A stretch of DNA of 64,000 nucleotides from Lama glama (lineage: Eukaryota). The stretch's first letter is position 1. Each line of letters opens with the position of its first letter. Below are positions 35,257-48,660 of this stretch, piece after piece. A model generated the notes under the pieces. The model saw only the letters and a list, made by a program, of their open reading frames with translations, was not told the DNA's origin and made no database searches. Both the position numbers and the translations under genes were made by a program. The stretch is taken from the NCBI GenBank assembly GCA_028534125.1, contig CM052818.1:41790001-41854000 (forward strand), in the 5' to 3' direction.

Positions 35257-36329
35257 ATCCATGTTCTGTGATTATGACAGGGATGGCCAAGCTTCTTGCC
35301 TCAAGATCAAAAGGCTCAAAGCCAAAGGCATTCCTCACTTGCCCAATGACCTGTTATGTTTTCCTTTCTCCTCCTTCTGGGAGATTCACATCCTTCCTTT
35401 GCTTTTTTTAAATTTGTTAATAGTTTTCTTTCATTGACATGCATACTACAAATTGTCTCCAATGTTTTTTGGAAGAAGCAGAGTTTTAAGGAAAAAGTTT
35501 AAGTGTCATTTGGGCCAAAGTCAGAATTGACTCTCCAACCCCATCCTCCACCATGGAAACTATTAAATGAGTGAAAATCTGGAAATAATCTGTGGAAAAC
35601 ACGTATCCTTTATTTACTTGGCATCTAAATATCTTATGAGATAAACAAGCAGAAGTCCTTATAACATAGCCACCCCCTGCTCAGGTCTATGTCATTCATT
35701 TTTCTCAGCCAAAGAATAAATGTGAGCTCCTCTTCCAAGGTTTAGAGACTACACATGCAAGAGGATTTTCTAATTGATTTACCAAAGAATAGAAATAAAA
35801 CCATTTACCTGTCTTCACATCAGCAAGAAGGAGAGCTCCTGAGTTAAAATAAATTCTGTCACACAGAATCCTTGCATTCTGGTTCTGCAGCGTCTCATGC
35901 TGGGTGAACTCCACCAGAAGCAGCAGCAAACGTTAACCACTGGATGCTCATACATGTATATACCAGTCAGAGTCAAAAGGAAAAAAATTGACCAAGGCGT
36001 AGGGTCACCAGAAAGCAGAAATGGGCCCTATTCTTTCACCAAACTGGCTTGGCTCTCATCGGAGCTGGAATCCCACGGAAAGGATTTACCATCCTCTGGT
36101 CTTCTAGGGCAGTTCTTCAGTGGGTCCCAAGAATCCAGGATTGCAGATGGCTAACCTCAAGGCCCACTGATCGATCTTGTTCATCCCGAGGCCACAGAGT
36201 TCCTGCATGGCACAGAAGTGTGCTGCCCAAGGGCTTCCGCCACCCACCATCCCGCTGACGTTGCCCTCACCAAGTTCACCAACTCCATATTCCCAAGCCC
36301 CAAGGGCTTTATCAGTCCTTTCCCTCCCA

Positions 36330-37225
36330 GACTTTCCTGCTACGTTAGACACCCTGCCCATCCTCTCCTTCCTGAAGTCTCTTCTCTCATTGACAGCGTT
36401 CCTCCTATATCTCTGGATTCCCCCTTGCAGACACCTTCAGTGCCCCTGGCTGCCATTTCTTCTATGGCTTCAGCAGGCAGCCTAGCTTCTGACCTCTCTT
36501 CAGTGCTCTCTCTTGTATTGGCAGCCTTTCAAACCCAACTGCCCACTGAACATTATCAACAGGTTTCTTATCTGTCAAAACTGCAAATTCAAACCTTAGC
36601 TCATCCTCTTTCCCCGGAAACATCCCTCATCTCTTGTGCTCTCTCTCCTTGTGAATGACATCGCCATCCAGGAAAGCTGAGTCAGGAATCTGGGAGTCAG
36701 TCTACATCTTCCCTTTTCCACCTGCCTCCAGCCAATCGCTGAGTCGTGCCAGTTCTTCTGCCGAAGTGTTTCTTGAATCTTCCCTCTCTTGTTCCCTGGC
36801 CACTGTCCCGTTTGTTCAAGCCCATGTCACCTCCCACCTGAATAGGTGCTCGGGTCTCCCCCCCGGCCTCTGGCCTCTAGAGTCTTCCCACCCGGTGGTC
36901 CCTGCACATTCTGTCACGTGATCACATAATGAAGGGCTGACCATACACGTCTTAGATGACGTGTGTTCTTCCTTTATGATCAAGCTCAAATATCACTTAC
37001 TCAGGGAAGCCTTCCTCAATCCCTAATCAGGATTAATCCCCCATCCCTGTCCTCCCAAAGTAGCTTCGCATAAGTTTGATGCCATCATGGTACGCTCCAC
37101 ACTCTCCTGAATTGTTTGTTTATTTGTCTCCTGACAAGACTCAGCTCCTTTGGCTTGGAGTCTGGTCTTCCGGCTTTTTACTCTTTAGTGCTTAACACAA
37201 TACTTGGCCTGAGTAGTCCTTAGTA
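36330..37225 (+). mobile_element. LINE-2 fragments
   Basis: Pyrimidine-rich decayed L2 segments (tcaggaatctgggagtc, gttcaagcccatgtcacctcccacctg, tcaagctcaaatatcacttactcagggaagccttcc, gtgcttaacacaatacttggc). Confidence 0.6.
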
Positions 37226-40200
37226 AGTCAGTACGAGGGGACGATGGAGGCAGGGAGGGCACATGGATCCTCCACCAGCTCGGCCATTAATCCATGGTGG
37301 GTCCTGGAGCGTGTCATTTTCAGTCTTTGACTGTCAGTTTACTCGCCTGCAAAACAAGCTCTTTCATTTACTGAAGAAATGGAGTTTGGGTACCCACTTT
37401 TATGCCAAGCACAGGGCCCCGTGTGGTGCCTGTCATAAATGCAAACAGGTCCTTTCCTCCTCTAGGACCTTGTGGTCAGAATCTTATTTTCATGGGTCTG
37501 TTCTGCAGCAGGAACAGATGGCTCACTTCTAATGCATTTGCCATAGTTCGTTCATTATTTATATGCCCCCTGCATACCTCTCCGGAGTCTTCTGAGCTCT
37601 GAGGAAAGTGTGTTTCTAATCCCAGCTAGGTTTTCTTTCACACAGCATCACCAGAGATAGAAAAGTGAAGAATGACACACTTTACCAACAGGCAGCTTTC
37701 CTAAAGACTCTCTATCTGGTGGAAGACGTCAGATGGCTTTGGAGTCTGCAGGCACCAAGCATCCTTTACATGGATAGTTTCAGCCCCAAACTCCACACTT
37801 GCCAGAATTCACTGAGAAATAATTCTATCTTCCCTTGGATGTGGTGTCTGGGTTCCATATTCTGTTTCTTCTACCCTTTTCCTCATCCCCGCCTAAAGTT
37901 GTAGCAGAAGGGAGGAAGGCAACGTTTCCATCAACAGATGTTGGAAAAGGCAACGGTCACAAAAGAAGTTAAGTTTTCATCTTCCGTAGTGGGAAGCCCA
38001 CAAAGTGCTCCTAAAACTGTCACAGCAAGAACTAATCTGTCACTGGAAGAAGAGAAGGAAGATGATGAGGGTCAACTAAGAGAGTTAAAGTCACCACCTC
38101 TGAGAAAAAGGAAACAGGGAGGGAGATGTGCCTTTCGTAAGAAAACTTGCAGAATATTTCACAATACATGCATGCATAACTTTGATTTTTAAAAAAAAAC
38201 CCTGAAGACTGAATTAAAGAAAAATGAAATCCTCACCAAACTGAGCAATAGCCTGTGTCATGATGCCAATAACCTCAACCACTGGCTGTTGTATCTGAGG
38301 ATGAAACCGTCTCACTGTTCCACCGTCCCACTGTAATGAGCCCGCCCTCCTCTCTCTGTTCACACGCCCTCCAAGATTCCACAGCACCTACAGTGACCGG
38401 GGTTGATCCTGAGAGACCCAGGCAACCTGCATCTTCAGGAACACTGTGACTGCAGGTGGGACCTGGATCAGCCCAGCTCGGCCCCCGCTGGAACCCTGAG
38501 CACGCCATCGCAGTGATTCCCGACGGAGTGCTCGCTAACCTGCTCACTGGGTCAGCCCCACCTCCTCATCAGCTTCTAGGAACCCAAACAAATAAATGCC
38601 TCCCCTGTTGGAAGCAGCAAATCTCCATTTATGGGTGAAATCGGCCAGACCTCACAGCAAAGAGCAATTTCTCTCGTTACACCAACTCCCCGAGCCCTTG
38701 CCGGTGGCAGCTGCTGCTCCATTAGGAACGCATTTTCCACGGTCTAACCCACCCTGCCACCCCGCCGGGCTCCGGCCAGCTTCGGAGCTGCCACCGGAAC
38801 AGCTGGAATGGGTCACTCAAATCCACGGACTGTGGCGCCCGGAGAAACATTAGTCCCCCAGATAGAGTGTCTCCTTCTTCCCATGTGAGCAGTAGACAGA
38901 AAGCTGCTGGGGTGATGGCGGTGGCTGCGTTGCAGTGATTGGCACTCACACACACTCAAATTCTCCCACGCACATGCATGTCCACACAAACACACACACA
39001 CCCCCTGCCTCCCTGAAGCCGGAGAGTTCAGTGGGCCCCAGGCAGACCCCAACCTCTGGTCCTGATACGTACAAGAAAAAGCACTGCATTTAGCCACCAT
39101 ACCCATGGACCAGAGGGACAACACACACTGAGCATGCCCTAGGTTCATGGGTCGCTTTTACTTACAAGTAGGAAAAATAACTTTTTTTGATCTCATGTCT
39201 AGGGCAAGGACAGAAGTGTACTTCCTTTGGCTTCAGTGGAGAGATACGGAGGACACCATCGTCTTGTTTCACAAATGCTCACCCTCTCTCTCTCTCTGCT
39301 CGCACTGGAATTATTCCTGGTAACCCTGCTGCTCCTAATCGTATCACTTTTAAATTTTGGTCAAAGATAATAAATATTTGATTTGGACATCCCAGCCCTA
39401 AGCGGACAGCCTGTTCTTGCCCCAGCAGACTGCCCCCCAGACTCAGCGTGCTCAGCTGCATTTTTAAAATCCCCCGGAAAGCTCCCAGGCATTGTAAGCA
39501 GGTCCTGCTGACCAGTCTGATGTTTTACAGCCAAGCTCTCCAACAATGCCATTTACTGCACACGAAAGATCACAGCCAGCAGATGTGGGCGGCCTTGCTC
39601 TGGCCTCTTGAAATTGCATCTGTTTTGAAATGTGACTCGACTTCAATCCGGAGCTGACCATAACATCCATGGCACGGACGGGAGGTGTTTACTAGATAAG
39701 CTTTTGATATTTGATGTTTGCTAATCATATTAAAAGCTTGAAACAAAATCCCGGCCACAATAAATCCTCACAATTGTACACACGAGGCAGGAAATGCCAA
39801 GGAGCTCTGCCTGGGGGTGTGATCAGAGGTCGGGGGGCACAGTGAGAAGAGCGTGGGGCTGGAGGTCAAGGAAACAAAGACTTAGAGACTCTGTTTAATT
39901 CTTTCTGGGACCAGCAGGGAACAAGTTGCTGCTGCCACTGAGCCTCAGTCTCCCCATCTCAAAATTATGGCTCAGACATGCAGGGGGGCACCTGGACCAG
40001 ACAAGGAGATGACAGCTTCGCGTGTAAGTGTATGCGTAGCCGTGTGATAATGAATCCGACCTTGCAGCAATTCCAGGTTCTCTTTCTTCAGTCCATCCTG
40101 ACGCTATGACAACCAGTGCTTTAGAGTCCACAAGAGATCAGCACACCAGAAGCAGCCTCTCCACGGCAGTGGGTGAAGCCTGCTGTTGCTGACAGGCAGG

Positions 40201-40711
40201 GCGGAAGGCTCAGGACCTGGACCACAGCTGCAACTCTCAGGGAGGGTCATCACTGGATTCCTTCCCAGGAGTTGGACCCTAAGAAGGCAAACTATCCGGA
40301 TCAGAAGGTGGCTCTGGATGTCATCTCAGCCACACAAACATACCCATTTCCTGGGCGAACAGCTGACGCTCCTCACATTGTTCATCATGTACACACATCT
40401 CACTCACCCCATCCCATTCCTGCCTGTCTCTCCTTAGAGATGACCTCCTGGATTCTCTCCTACTTTGATCATAATCTCACTTTAGGCCTTAACTTACACT
40501 AAATTTAAAAGTGGATAAAACCCAAACCCCAGGGGATCAAGGAAGGATGGTCTATGGTGTCTCCTGGTCTTCTGCCTGGCCCTACTTCTCAGCACCTAGC
40601 CAGCACCTATCCTTACGTGGCCCCTTTAACCTGACCTACAGCAGTTGCTAATCATAGCATAGGATCTGACCTTCCCAAGAAAGTTTACCTTTTAAAAAAG
40701 GACCATGAAGT

Positions 40712-40876
40712 GGGGAGGGTATAGCTCAAGTGGCAGAGCGCATGCTTAGCATGCTTGAGGTCCTGGGTTCAATCCTCAGTACCTCCTCTAAAAATAAATA
40801 AACCTAATTACCTGCCCCCACCAAGGTAAAATAAAATAAAATGATACAATGGTAGATAGATAGATAGATAGATAGG

Positions 40877-40929
<53 letters not shown>
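40712..40929 (+). mobile_element. tRNA-Ala-derived camelid SINE with (TAGA)n tail and perfect TSD
   Basis: Head ggggagggtatagctcaagtggcagagcgcatgcttagcatg...ggttcaatcc; TSD aaggaccatgaag at 40698-40710 and 40930-40942, preceded by tttt/aaaa. Confidence 0.95.

Positions 40930-40930
<1 letters not shown>
40853..40930. repeat. (TAGA)n tetranucleotide microsatellite
   Basis: ~19 units with one TAGG interruption. Confidence 0.97.
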
Positions 40931-40931
<1 letters not shown>

Positions 40932-42399
40932 GGACCATGAAGCCTGCGCACCAGCGAGGCTCCGAGCGTCGGAACTGTCGTGATGGAGTGGCAGGTATTA
41001 ATCAGGTTGGTCTTTCTAGACACGGCAGCCTCCCTCGTAAGTCACAAATCCTCGCCATCTAAGCCTCCAGATTACTGGGTCATCTTGGGGGCTCCCAGGG
41101 CTTCTCAGAGCCATCTGCTCAGAAAACACATGTCATCAACCTTTGTGAAATCCCCTTTTGGTAATACTGGGGAGGTTTTGCTTACATCCAAGGAATCTAA
41201 AACCATTCACTGAACTGGGGCCAGGCAGGTGGAAGACCAGAGCAGAAGGCGCAGACACTCCCCTTCCCGGGAGCCCTGCCGGCCACTGTAGACGCTGGTT
41301 TTGCCTCCAGTTCTCAGACCTTGTGAAACCCTGGCGATTGGCTTTCGGCTTTGTCTGCGGGGGAGGGGGACCTTCTTCCTAGTGTCAGTGCAGGATGTCA
41401 GTAAAGCAATTTCCTTTGTGGGACTAATTTAGTGTTTGCTCACACAATGCGGGCGGCTTCCTAGGCCGGGTCATTAATCCAACTGGCCAATTTAAAACTG
41501 AGATCATCACAGCAAGTGCTCACAACCAGAGACACACTTTCTCACCAACAAAGGCGGAAGCAGCAAGAGTCAGCCAAGAAGCATCGGCAGATGCCAGCTG
41601 AGTCCTTCCTCTGAGTCGGGCACTTAGCGGACAGTACCTCCCTGAAATCTCTGTGCCTCCCTCTTTGGGATCTGCGTTGTAATTCCTTCTTTGATGGATG
41701 AAACCCAAGGTCTCAGAGAGAATTAGAAGTCAAAGCAGGATATGAGCCTGAATCTGTGACCCAAATTCTAGGCACTGCTGTGAGAACCCTGGACTTCCAC
41801 TGTTTACCAAGCTGTTTAAAGATGGAAGTGAAGCCATTTTAACATTTCACAAAACCCTGGATAGACAGACTTTCACAACTTTTTTCATGTCAGTCAGTGC
41901 TGGGTCCTGCAGGTCCTGACAGGTGCTGGGGACTCACTGTTACCCCAGGCTGCCTCCGTCAGAGCCTGGAACTGATTTCCCTGAGAAACCCTACCCTCCA
42001 GGCTGGGACCCAGCGCCCACCAACCCCCACCAGCCCCCACTGTGTCAAGTGTTTCTTTGCACGGTTGTCCTCCTCCGGGCACTCTGCTGAGGCCAGAAGC
42101 TGCCGTCCCCCTAGTCATGGACCCAACTGTAATTGCCAACTTTCAGAAAAGGAGTGAGAATCATCTGGCTCATATACTGGAGTTTTTGCTGTTATCTTTG
42201 TTGCCACTGTTTGCATTTTAATTTTTAAAACATATTAATAATGTTTCTCTTCTCTATTAGAAAAGTAAAATGAATTTTGTAATCCCCAGCAGTCCCATCA
42301 ATCAAAGACTAACATGAATGCTTCTTTCTTTTTTTCTGTGCAGAATTGTGTCTTCAGCTCTATGAGACTGTGTGGGTTTTTAAATATTCGTGGCTAAAA

Positions 42400-42700
42400 G
42401 CACTATTACATACCCCTCAATGTCACCACATAACCATTTCACTCTGTTTTTATAGTCTTCATAAGGATGCCTTCAATAACTGTATAAAAACCCATTGTGA
42501 GGATGGAACACAGTTGACCTGGTAAATCCCCTCTTGTTGGATCTCTAGGTTGCCCCCAATGTTTCTCTGGTGTAAACAATGCTGTAATGAGCATACTCGT
42601 TTGTAGATTGCCTTTGGGAAGATTTCATGAAGCGGAATCACTAGGTCAGAGAGTACAAAGGGGTTAAGGTCCTCGATAGATGTGTCCAAACAGCATCATA
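42400..42700 (-). mobile_element. Ancient L1 (L1ME-like) fragment
   Basis: tctaggttgcccccaat...taaacaatgctgtaatgagcatac...ggaatcactaggtcagag is a decayed reverse L1 ORF2 end. Confidence 0.55.
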
Positions 42701-44299
42701 AATGTTTAAATATATTTTAAATGCTGACTCACAGAGTGTCAAAACAGGAAGGAAGCTTTAAAATCACCTCAGTCGATCCCTTTCCCCTCCAGAGGAGAGA
42801 TGGCAGTGGGTCTAGGAGACCATGGTCGTGGTTGCTGCTCACTCCACAGAATGTCCCCCACCTCATATGGGATTCACTTCTGGTGGCAGAGCACATTGGC
42901 CTGTGCTCAATTTTTTGCCCCGTCCTCTGCTTTGGAATAACCTCACATTGTTCCCTGGCCTGTTTCTCCTTGTGGAGAAAACCATACATATCTCATGGCC
43001 TGCAGGTCCTCCTTTGTGGAGGTTTTCCTCCCCATCAGATGGTCATCGTCTGAACTGGGAGAGTGAAGGTCCACTGGTGAGACACCCCCACCATGGGCCA
43101 CACCCCTGATACACACCCCCATCAGAGATGAGACACTTCTCCCCGTGAACACCTAGCAAGTGTTCAATCACGTTGAAAAGTTCCCTCTTTTCCTAGCCCT
43201 GGTGCAGCCCTAGCCCAGCCCTGCCCTCCCTGACAGAGCCCGCCAGCCAGGCCTGGCCACGCTGAGAAGCAAGTTCCTCCTCCCCTTCCTGGACACACTG
43301 CCACTCTGCATGGGGCACCCCAACATCCAAGTTAACTCCCAGCAGTGAGATTGGCCTAGGGAAAGGGGCAAACTTTCCAACCAGAGACCTAGCTTCGAAT
43401 TTCAGCTCTAACTCTTATAGGCAAAGGGACTCCGAGCAGCACAGGGAGTGTGGCCAAGGGGTCTAGGAAACCCCAAGTAAGTGACGTGCCTCCCTGAGCA
43501 CCAAGACACACCTGTGGAACACCCCGTGACTCCCTTAGAGGGTTACTGTGGAGACTACACTCTGTGTCCTGTCACCCAGGCACCTAACTCTGTTTACCTG
43601 CCTTACAGGGCCATCAGTCAGGGACAGGCAACAGGGTGGGAAAGATGGAAAGAACCAGAAATGATCGCCCCCTCCTCCTCCAAATGGCTACAGGCTAACC
43701 GGGACATCTTTGTCAGGAAGCGATGTGTACAAAGACACAAAGCCTAACTGTGTAATTATGCTGGGATTCCTTCTAGTAATTAGCTTTTCCTTATGAGAAA
43801 GGCAAATAATTATCTTTTTGCTTCAGATCCAGACAGCACGTTCAGAGGCATCTATCCGCATATGGCAGGGGGGTGGGGGTTGAGGTGGAGGATGCCACCC
43901 GACAGAATACAGAACTATTTGAAGCCCAGAAATGTTCTCAGAAATTATCTACACAGACAATGCAGCATTTTGGAGGATGGTGAGGTTTCTGTGTGTTGCT
44001 AGGGCGTTTAACAAACGACAAAGGTAAGTCCTGTTTGAAAGTGGCATGCACAGAGGTGGTACCCAGAGCATCAGGAGGCAACCTCTCTCCAGAGGTGGTG
44101 GTCAGAGCCAGAGCCAACACGGGACACAGTGGGAGGTTCCAGCAGAAGGACCACACATGCCCGTGCTCCCAGGGCCGTTCAGAAACAAGGACCAGAGCCC
44201 ACTCTGGGCTGCCCTGGGTTCCTGCTCTAATCTCCTGTTCCCAGCATCTTCCTCATTAACCCGACTTCCTTCTGACCTCAAACGCGATTCTCCATCTCA

Positions 44300-44637
44300 C
44301 TTCTTTTCCTTACCTGGCTAATTCTTTGACCTTCAGGAATTGTTCAAGTATAAGCTAGTCTAGCAAAGTTTTGTCTTCCTTGAATACCCCCAGATAGGGT
44401 TCCCTAATACATGGGATTTCCTTCATTACAGCACTTCCCAGGTGGAACTGTCAGTGACCCGCATTAAAATAATGTGCCTGAGGGTGGACACCACGTGCAT
44501 TCATTTTATATCTCCTGAACCGAACACAGTTCCAAGCACATAGTAAAGTATTCACAGGATGAATAAGTCAAAATGACTGACAAAGAACAGATTATTGATT
44601 GAATATGAATGAATGAATGAATGAATGAATGAATGAA
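44300..44637 (+). mobile_element. LINE-2 3' end with expanded (GAAT)n
   Basis: aacacagttccaagcacatagtaa...gaatgaatgaatgaatgaatgaatgaatgaa. Confidence 0.6.
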
Positions 44638-46039
44638 CGGGTGTGTTAATAAAAGAACCTAAGCTTACCTTTGAGACAGTACTAAATCTGAGCTGAAAAG
44701 AAGCAGCAGATAGACTAACAACAAACTCCACCCCACTGCCGAGGGAGCTCAAGAGGTAGATTGCTAAGGAGTTGGCACAGAGCAAAGGCAGTTGTGGTGG
44801 GCAAGCTGCCTATGGGCGAGCCCGGATTTCCTGGAGAGGCACAGAGACAAATGTCAGTAAAGTGCGTCCGGCTGTCTAGAGGCAGACAGAAAAGGCTGTA
44901 TTTAACTTGCTGTTTGATGCTTCAGTGTTGTTTTCTCGAAGCCGTTCATTGGAATTTGAATTGAGATTCTTCACTTTGGAGGAAATGGATTAATTCTCCT
45001 AGGATATACAATCTTGCTTAATAAATGTATTATTGTGAACGTTTTACATCTGTCTCAATAAGCTTTCCCCTCCCTTTAAGGTCCAGCCCCTTCTCTCCTT
45101 ATGTAGAATTCAGGACACATAAGGGTCTACCTGTCATCATATCCCCTGATGGTCATGCCATCCTCCCTGGGTACCTGTCACCACCACCAGACTGGGAACC
45201 TGTCAAGTACAGGGATTAAGATACTTTTTCCTTTCTGCATTCCCAGCGGTAAGAGCCATTTAATAATTATCTGGAGAAGGTGCTCAATATTTGTTCATAT
45301 GAGTAAGTGAGCGTATGATTTAGTTCTTCTGATGTTTCAAAAAACTCACTCAAACCCTTCTGAAATACCTTTACCCCCACTCAACCAAAGAATTTGATTC
45401 AGAAGCGTTTGGTCCATAAGCCACATTTATTCCTGTCTAGTCTATAAAGCTCCTAAAAATATCACAAGTCACCCTACCCCCGGCTTAAAATGTCTACACG
45501 CTACCCGATCGTTGATGCAGGCACCTGCTGGAGGCACATGACAGGAGCAGGGGTCTCACAAGGAAGGAAACATGGTGCCCCCCTTCAAGGAGCTCACAGT
45601 CATGCGGGACCTGGTGTGAGGGGAAGGGGCTGTCACTGCCTGCCTTACAGGGACGGGAAGTATTGCATTGGTGCGGGATCAGGGAGGCAAGAACATTCCG
45701 GGGACAACAAGCCAAGGAGAATTCCGGGAAGTGTGCTGGAGCCAAGAGCAGGATGGGCCTGTGGAAGATCAGAGGCTTTAGCGAAAGCCCCTCTCGTCCC
45801 TTCCCAGAAGGAAGAAGCCCCAGGGCCCTCTGGCTTTTGCATTCTGAGAAGAGAGGGCCCTGTGGAAGAGAAAGACTGAAGCACCTCCCACAAGAACCCG
45901 CCCCACACTGGTCTCCAAGCCCCCCCATCCCGTTAGCTAAGCTCGTCCATGCTTGGGGCCCTGTCACCCGATGGGCACACCCTCTGGGTGGTGGGGGGCA
46001 GGCCCATGATGGCAGCTGGGGAGCCAGGCTCTAGGTAGG

Positions 46040-46410
46040 CAAGATCAAAAGGTCTGAATAACCTCTGGGGTCACAGGGACAAAATGCTTATGGGCTGGAA
46101 GAGGATGGAGCCATTAGAGTAAGGAAATGAACGCTGGCTTTTTCCCCGTGAGTAGGCACAATGGGAGCCGATGGGGAGGGAACAAAGCTGGCCCACTTGG
46201 GTGGGAGGCGGGTGGTGGGGAGCGGGCCCTGTTCTCTGGCCCAGGAGTTAATGTAGGCCGGGAAACAATGGGGGCGCTGACCCGGCTGCGGCTTTAGAGT
46301 AAGAACACAGCCGAGGTCAGAGCCGCCTGACCCCCAGCGAGGTTAACCAGATCAAAGCCTCCGCTGATTGCCCAGCCCACTGTGCCCCTAATGACTGTAA
46401 AATTGGAGTT
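46040..46410. promoter_or_regulatory. Candidate enhancer (SOX/TCF cluster)
   Basis: CACAATGG 46157, AACAAAG 46181, AACAATGG 46264, AGATCAAAG 46349, AGATCAAAA 46042, all on the same strand; CpG-retaining and repeat-free. Confidence 0.4.
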
Positions 46411-46738
46411 TCCACCAGCACTGGCCTGGCCACCTCTTCAGGTAGCCACAGAACAGGGGTAGGAGCCACCAAGGTGGGGACCCCACCCCCCAGTCATCAT
46501 CTCGCCAACTCAGTGCACTCACCTCCTTTTCCGGGACTGTTCCGCTGGACCACCCCACTCCCCTACCCCCCTTCCCAACGCATCCATCACCCCTCCTGAC
46601 TTCCCTGTTTTGTTTTAGGCAACAAAAATAACACTCAGCTTTTAACTTGTTAAAATGTTGCGTTGGTAGGTAAAGAAGACCAATGACATCCATCCTTTAT
46701 ACGACTTTTGTTTTGTGAATTATGAAAGTAAAGCTCCC

Positions 46739-46899
46739 CAGCACAAGGAATTATATTCACTATCTTGTAGTAACTATGATGAGAAAGAATATGAAAATGA
46801 ATATACGTATGTATACATATGCCCGAAACATTATGCTATACACCAGAAATTGACACAAAATTGTAAACCGACTGTACTTCAGTAAAAAAAGGAAAAAAA
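46739..46899 (+). mobile_element. Short LINE-1 3' end with probable TSD
   Basis: gcacaaggaattatattcactatcttgtagtaac...acaccagaaattgacaca...gactgtacttcagt-poly(A); TSD aaagtaaagctc (46725-36) vs aacgtaaggctc (46898-909). Confidence 0.88.
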
Positions 46900-46919
46900 C
46901 GTAAGGCTCACCCATTTTA

Positions 46920-47360
46920 GAAAATAGAGAAAAGCGAAAAAGGAGAAGGTAACAGCCGTCCCAGAGAGAAGCTCTTGTTGACATCGTTGGTGTATTGCTT
47001 GCCAGACTTCTCTCCATGCATTTGTTTTTACACAGTTAGGGTCATTTTGTGTTTATAATATCATACCCTGAATGTTTTAACAATATACCCTAAGCACATT
47101 CTCATGTGATTAAGAAGTCCCCACAAACGTGATGTTTAAAGGCTGCATCAGGTTTAAGGCAGTCATACCTAGAACAGCACAGAATGGACCACAGTGTGAT
47201 TAGACACTCACCTCTAGGTTGGGTCTCATGCTTTGTTGATACGAATACTTCTATGATGAACAAATCTGGCAGCAAGTTTTGTCCACATCCCTGATTATTT
47301 CTTTGCGGTAGATTCTCAGGGACACGTAATGGAATTGTCCAACCAAAGGCTATGTTTTGG
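46920..47360 (-). mobile_element. Ancient L1 (L1ME-like) fragment
   Basis: Decayed reverse L1 3' motifs (tttaaaggctgcat, cctgattatttctttgcggtagattc, aatggaattg). Confidence 0.45.
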
Positions 47361-48069
47361 AAGAAAATTTATTTCAGTTTTTAAAAGTGACTAAGGACCA
47401 ACTCATGGTGATCACGGAGGATACAGAGACCAGTGAGTGCAATCTCTCCCCTCCGAGAGCTCACACCACACCAGTTCCCATGAAAAATGGGCCACCACTC
47501 TCATTCTGTACGGGAACAATTTAACAACAACAACAAAACAAATACAAAAAAAAAATGTTGAAGAGCATTGTGGGGTGGAGGGACGCTCCCATAATCCATG
47601 GCCTTTCCTATAATGCAGAACTTGGGTTTTTTGCCATCCAGGAGTCATTTTCATGGCATACTTGATCTATGACCCCACTCTCCTTGGAGTCAAGCCTATG
47701 GAAGACCAGTGATTTGAGACCATAGAGGCACCTGCCACCCTCACTGCCAGGCTGGTCCCTGCCTCTGGGACTTTGCTCATGTCACCCCCTGCCTGGAATG
47801 CCTCTTCCCAGAAAAGTTCTTAATCAGCCAAGATTAAGACCAGATCTAATTCATCCCAGAACTCTCCTGGGCCTCCACCCACACGGCCTCCCTCCACCAT
47901 CCACACTGAATTCCTTTCCTATCCATGTCATGACCACAGAGGTCAATCCTTAATGAAGCATTAGAGCCTGGAGGACAGGAACTGTCTTAGTCACCTCCCG
48001 GAACTTGGCATCTGCTTGGAACTTAATAGAGGTTTGTTTAAGTGAAGTAACCAAAAGACATATGCCACT

Positions 48070-48410
48070 TGTTAAAAGATAAACTGAGGCATATAACAAT
48101 TTTTGAGCATTTGCTTGAGCAAAAATCGATTCCAATCAGACAGCACTCAACCAGATGTGGTCATGAGCAGTCCACTGACAGGAGCAGGGGCAAGACATAT
48201 AGGGAAGACATGGAAGCAAAGCAAGAAAGTTCTTTGATTGCCGGTCAAGTCCTCAGTTGCCTAGTTCAGGAGATCCTAGTTGGCTGTTGGTAATTGGCTG
48301 TGATTTCTTAACCTTGCCGCAATGTAGGCTTAGGTTTGCTTCGCTTCCTAGGCTACATTAAGACATTAGATCCACCTCAGTCTAACGGCATCCTTGTTAA
48401 ATTAATTTCA
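48070..48410 (-). mobile_element. ERV1-class solo LTR (family uncertain)
   Basis: TG...CA bounded: tgttaaaagataaactgaggca...ttgagcaaaaatcgattccaatcag...ttgttaaattaatttca; orientation inferred. Confidence 0.6.
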
Positions 48411-48469
48411 TGTATTCCTCGTTATTTACAAATTATTTCCTTTGCATTAATCTTATCTCTTCACATTGA

Positions 48470-48660
48470 CTGCATGGTGTAATGGTTAAGAGTTTGGAAT
48501 CCGAGGGCAAGGTCACATTCCAACCCCACCTTCCCCAGCCTTATGGCCTTGGGCAATCCTCAGTTTTATCATCTGTAAAATGCCAATCATAATAGTATCT
48601 ATCCCTTTGGGATTGTAGCAAGGATGAAACACTGTGCCAGATAGCAGGGAAGCTCTCAAA
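48470..48660 (+). mobile_element. MIR
   Basis: gcatggtgtaatggttaagag...ccttgggcaatcctcagttttatcatctgtaaaatg...ataatagtatctat. Confidence 0.7.

Noticed and set aside
40712..40790. Apparent tRNA-Ala(AGC) genes here and at 11.8, 35.2, 54.1 and 63.8 kb
   Set aside because: They have stem mismatches, SINE-specific 3' extensions, A-rich tails and in two cases perfect TSDs; they are SINEs.
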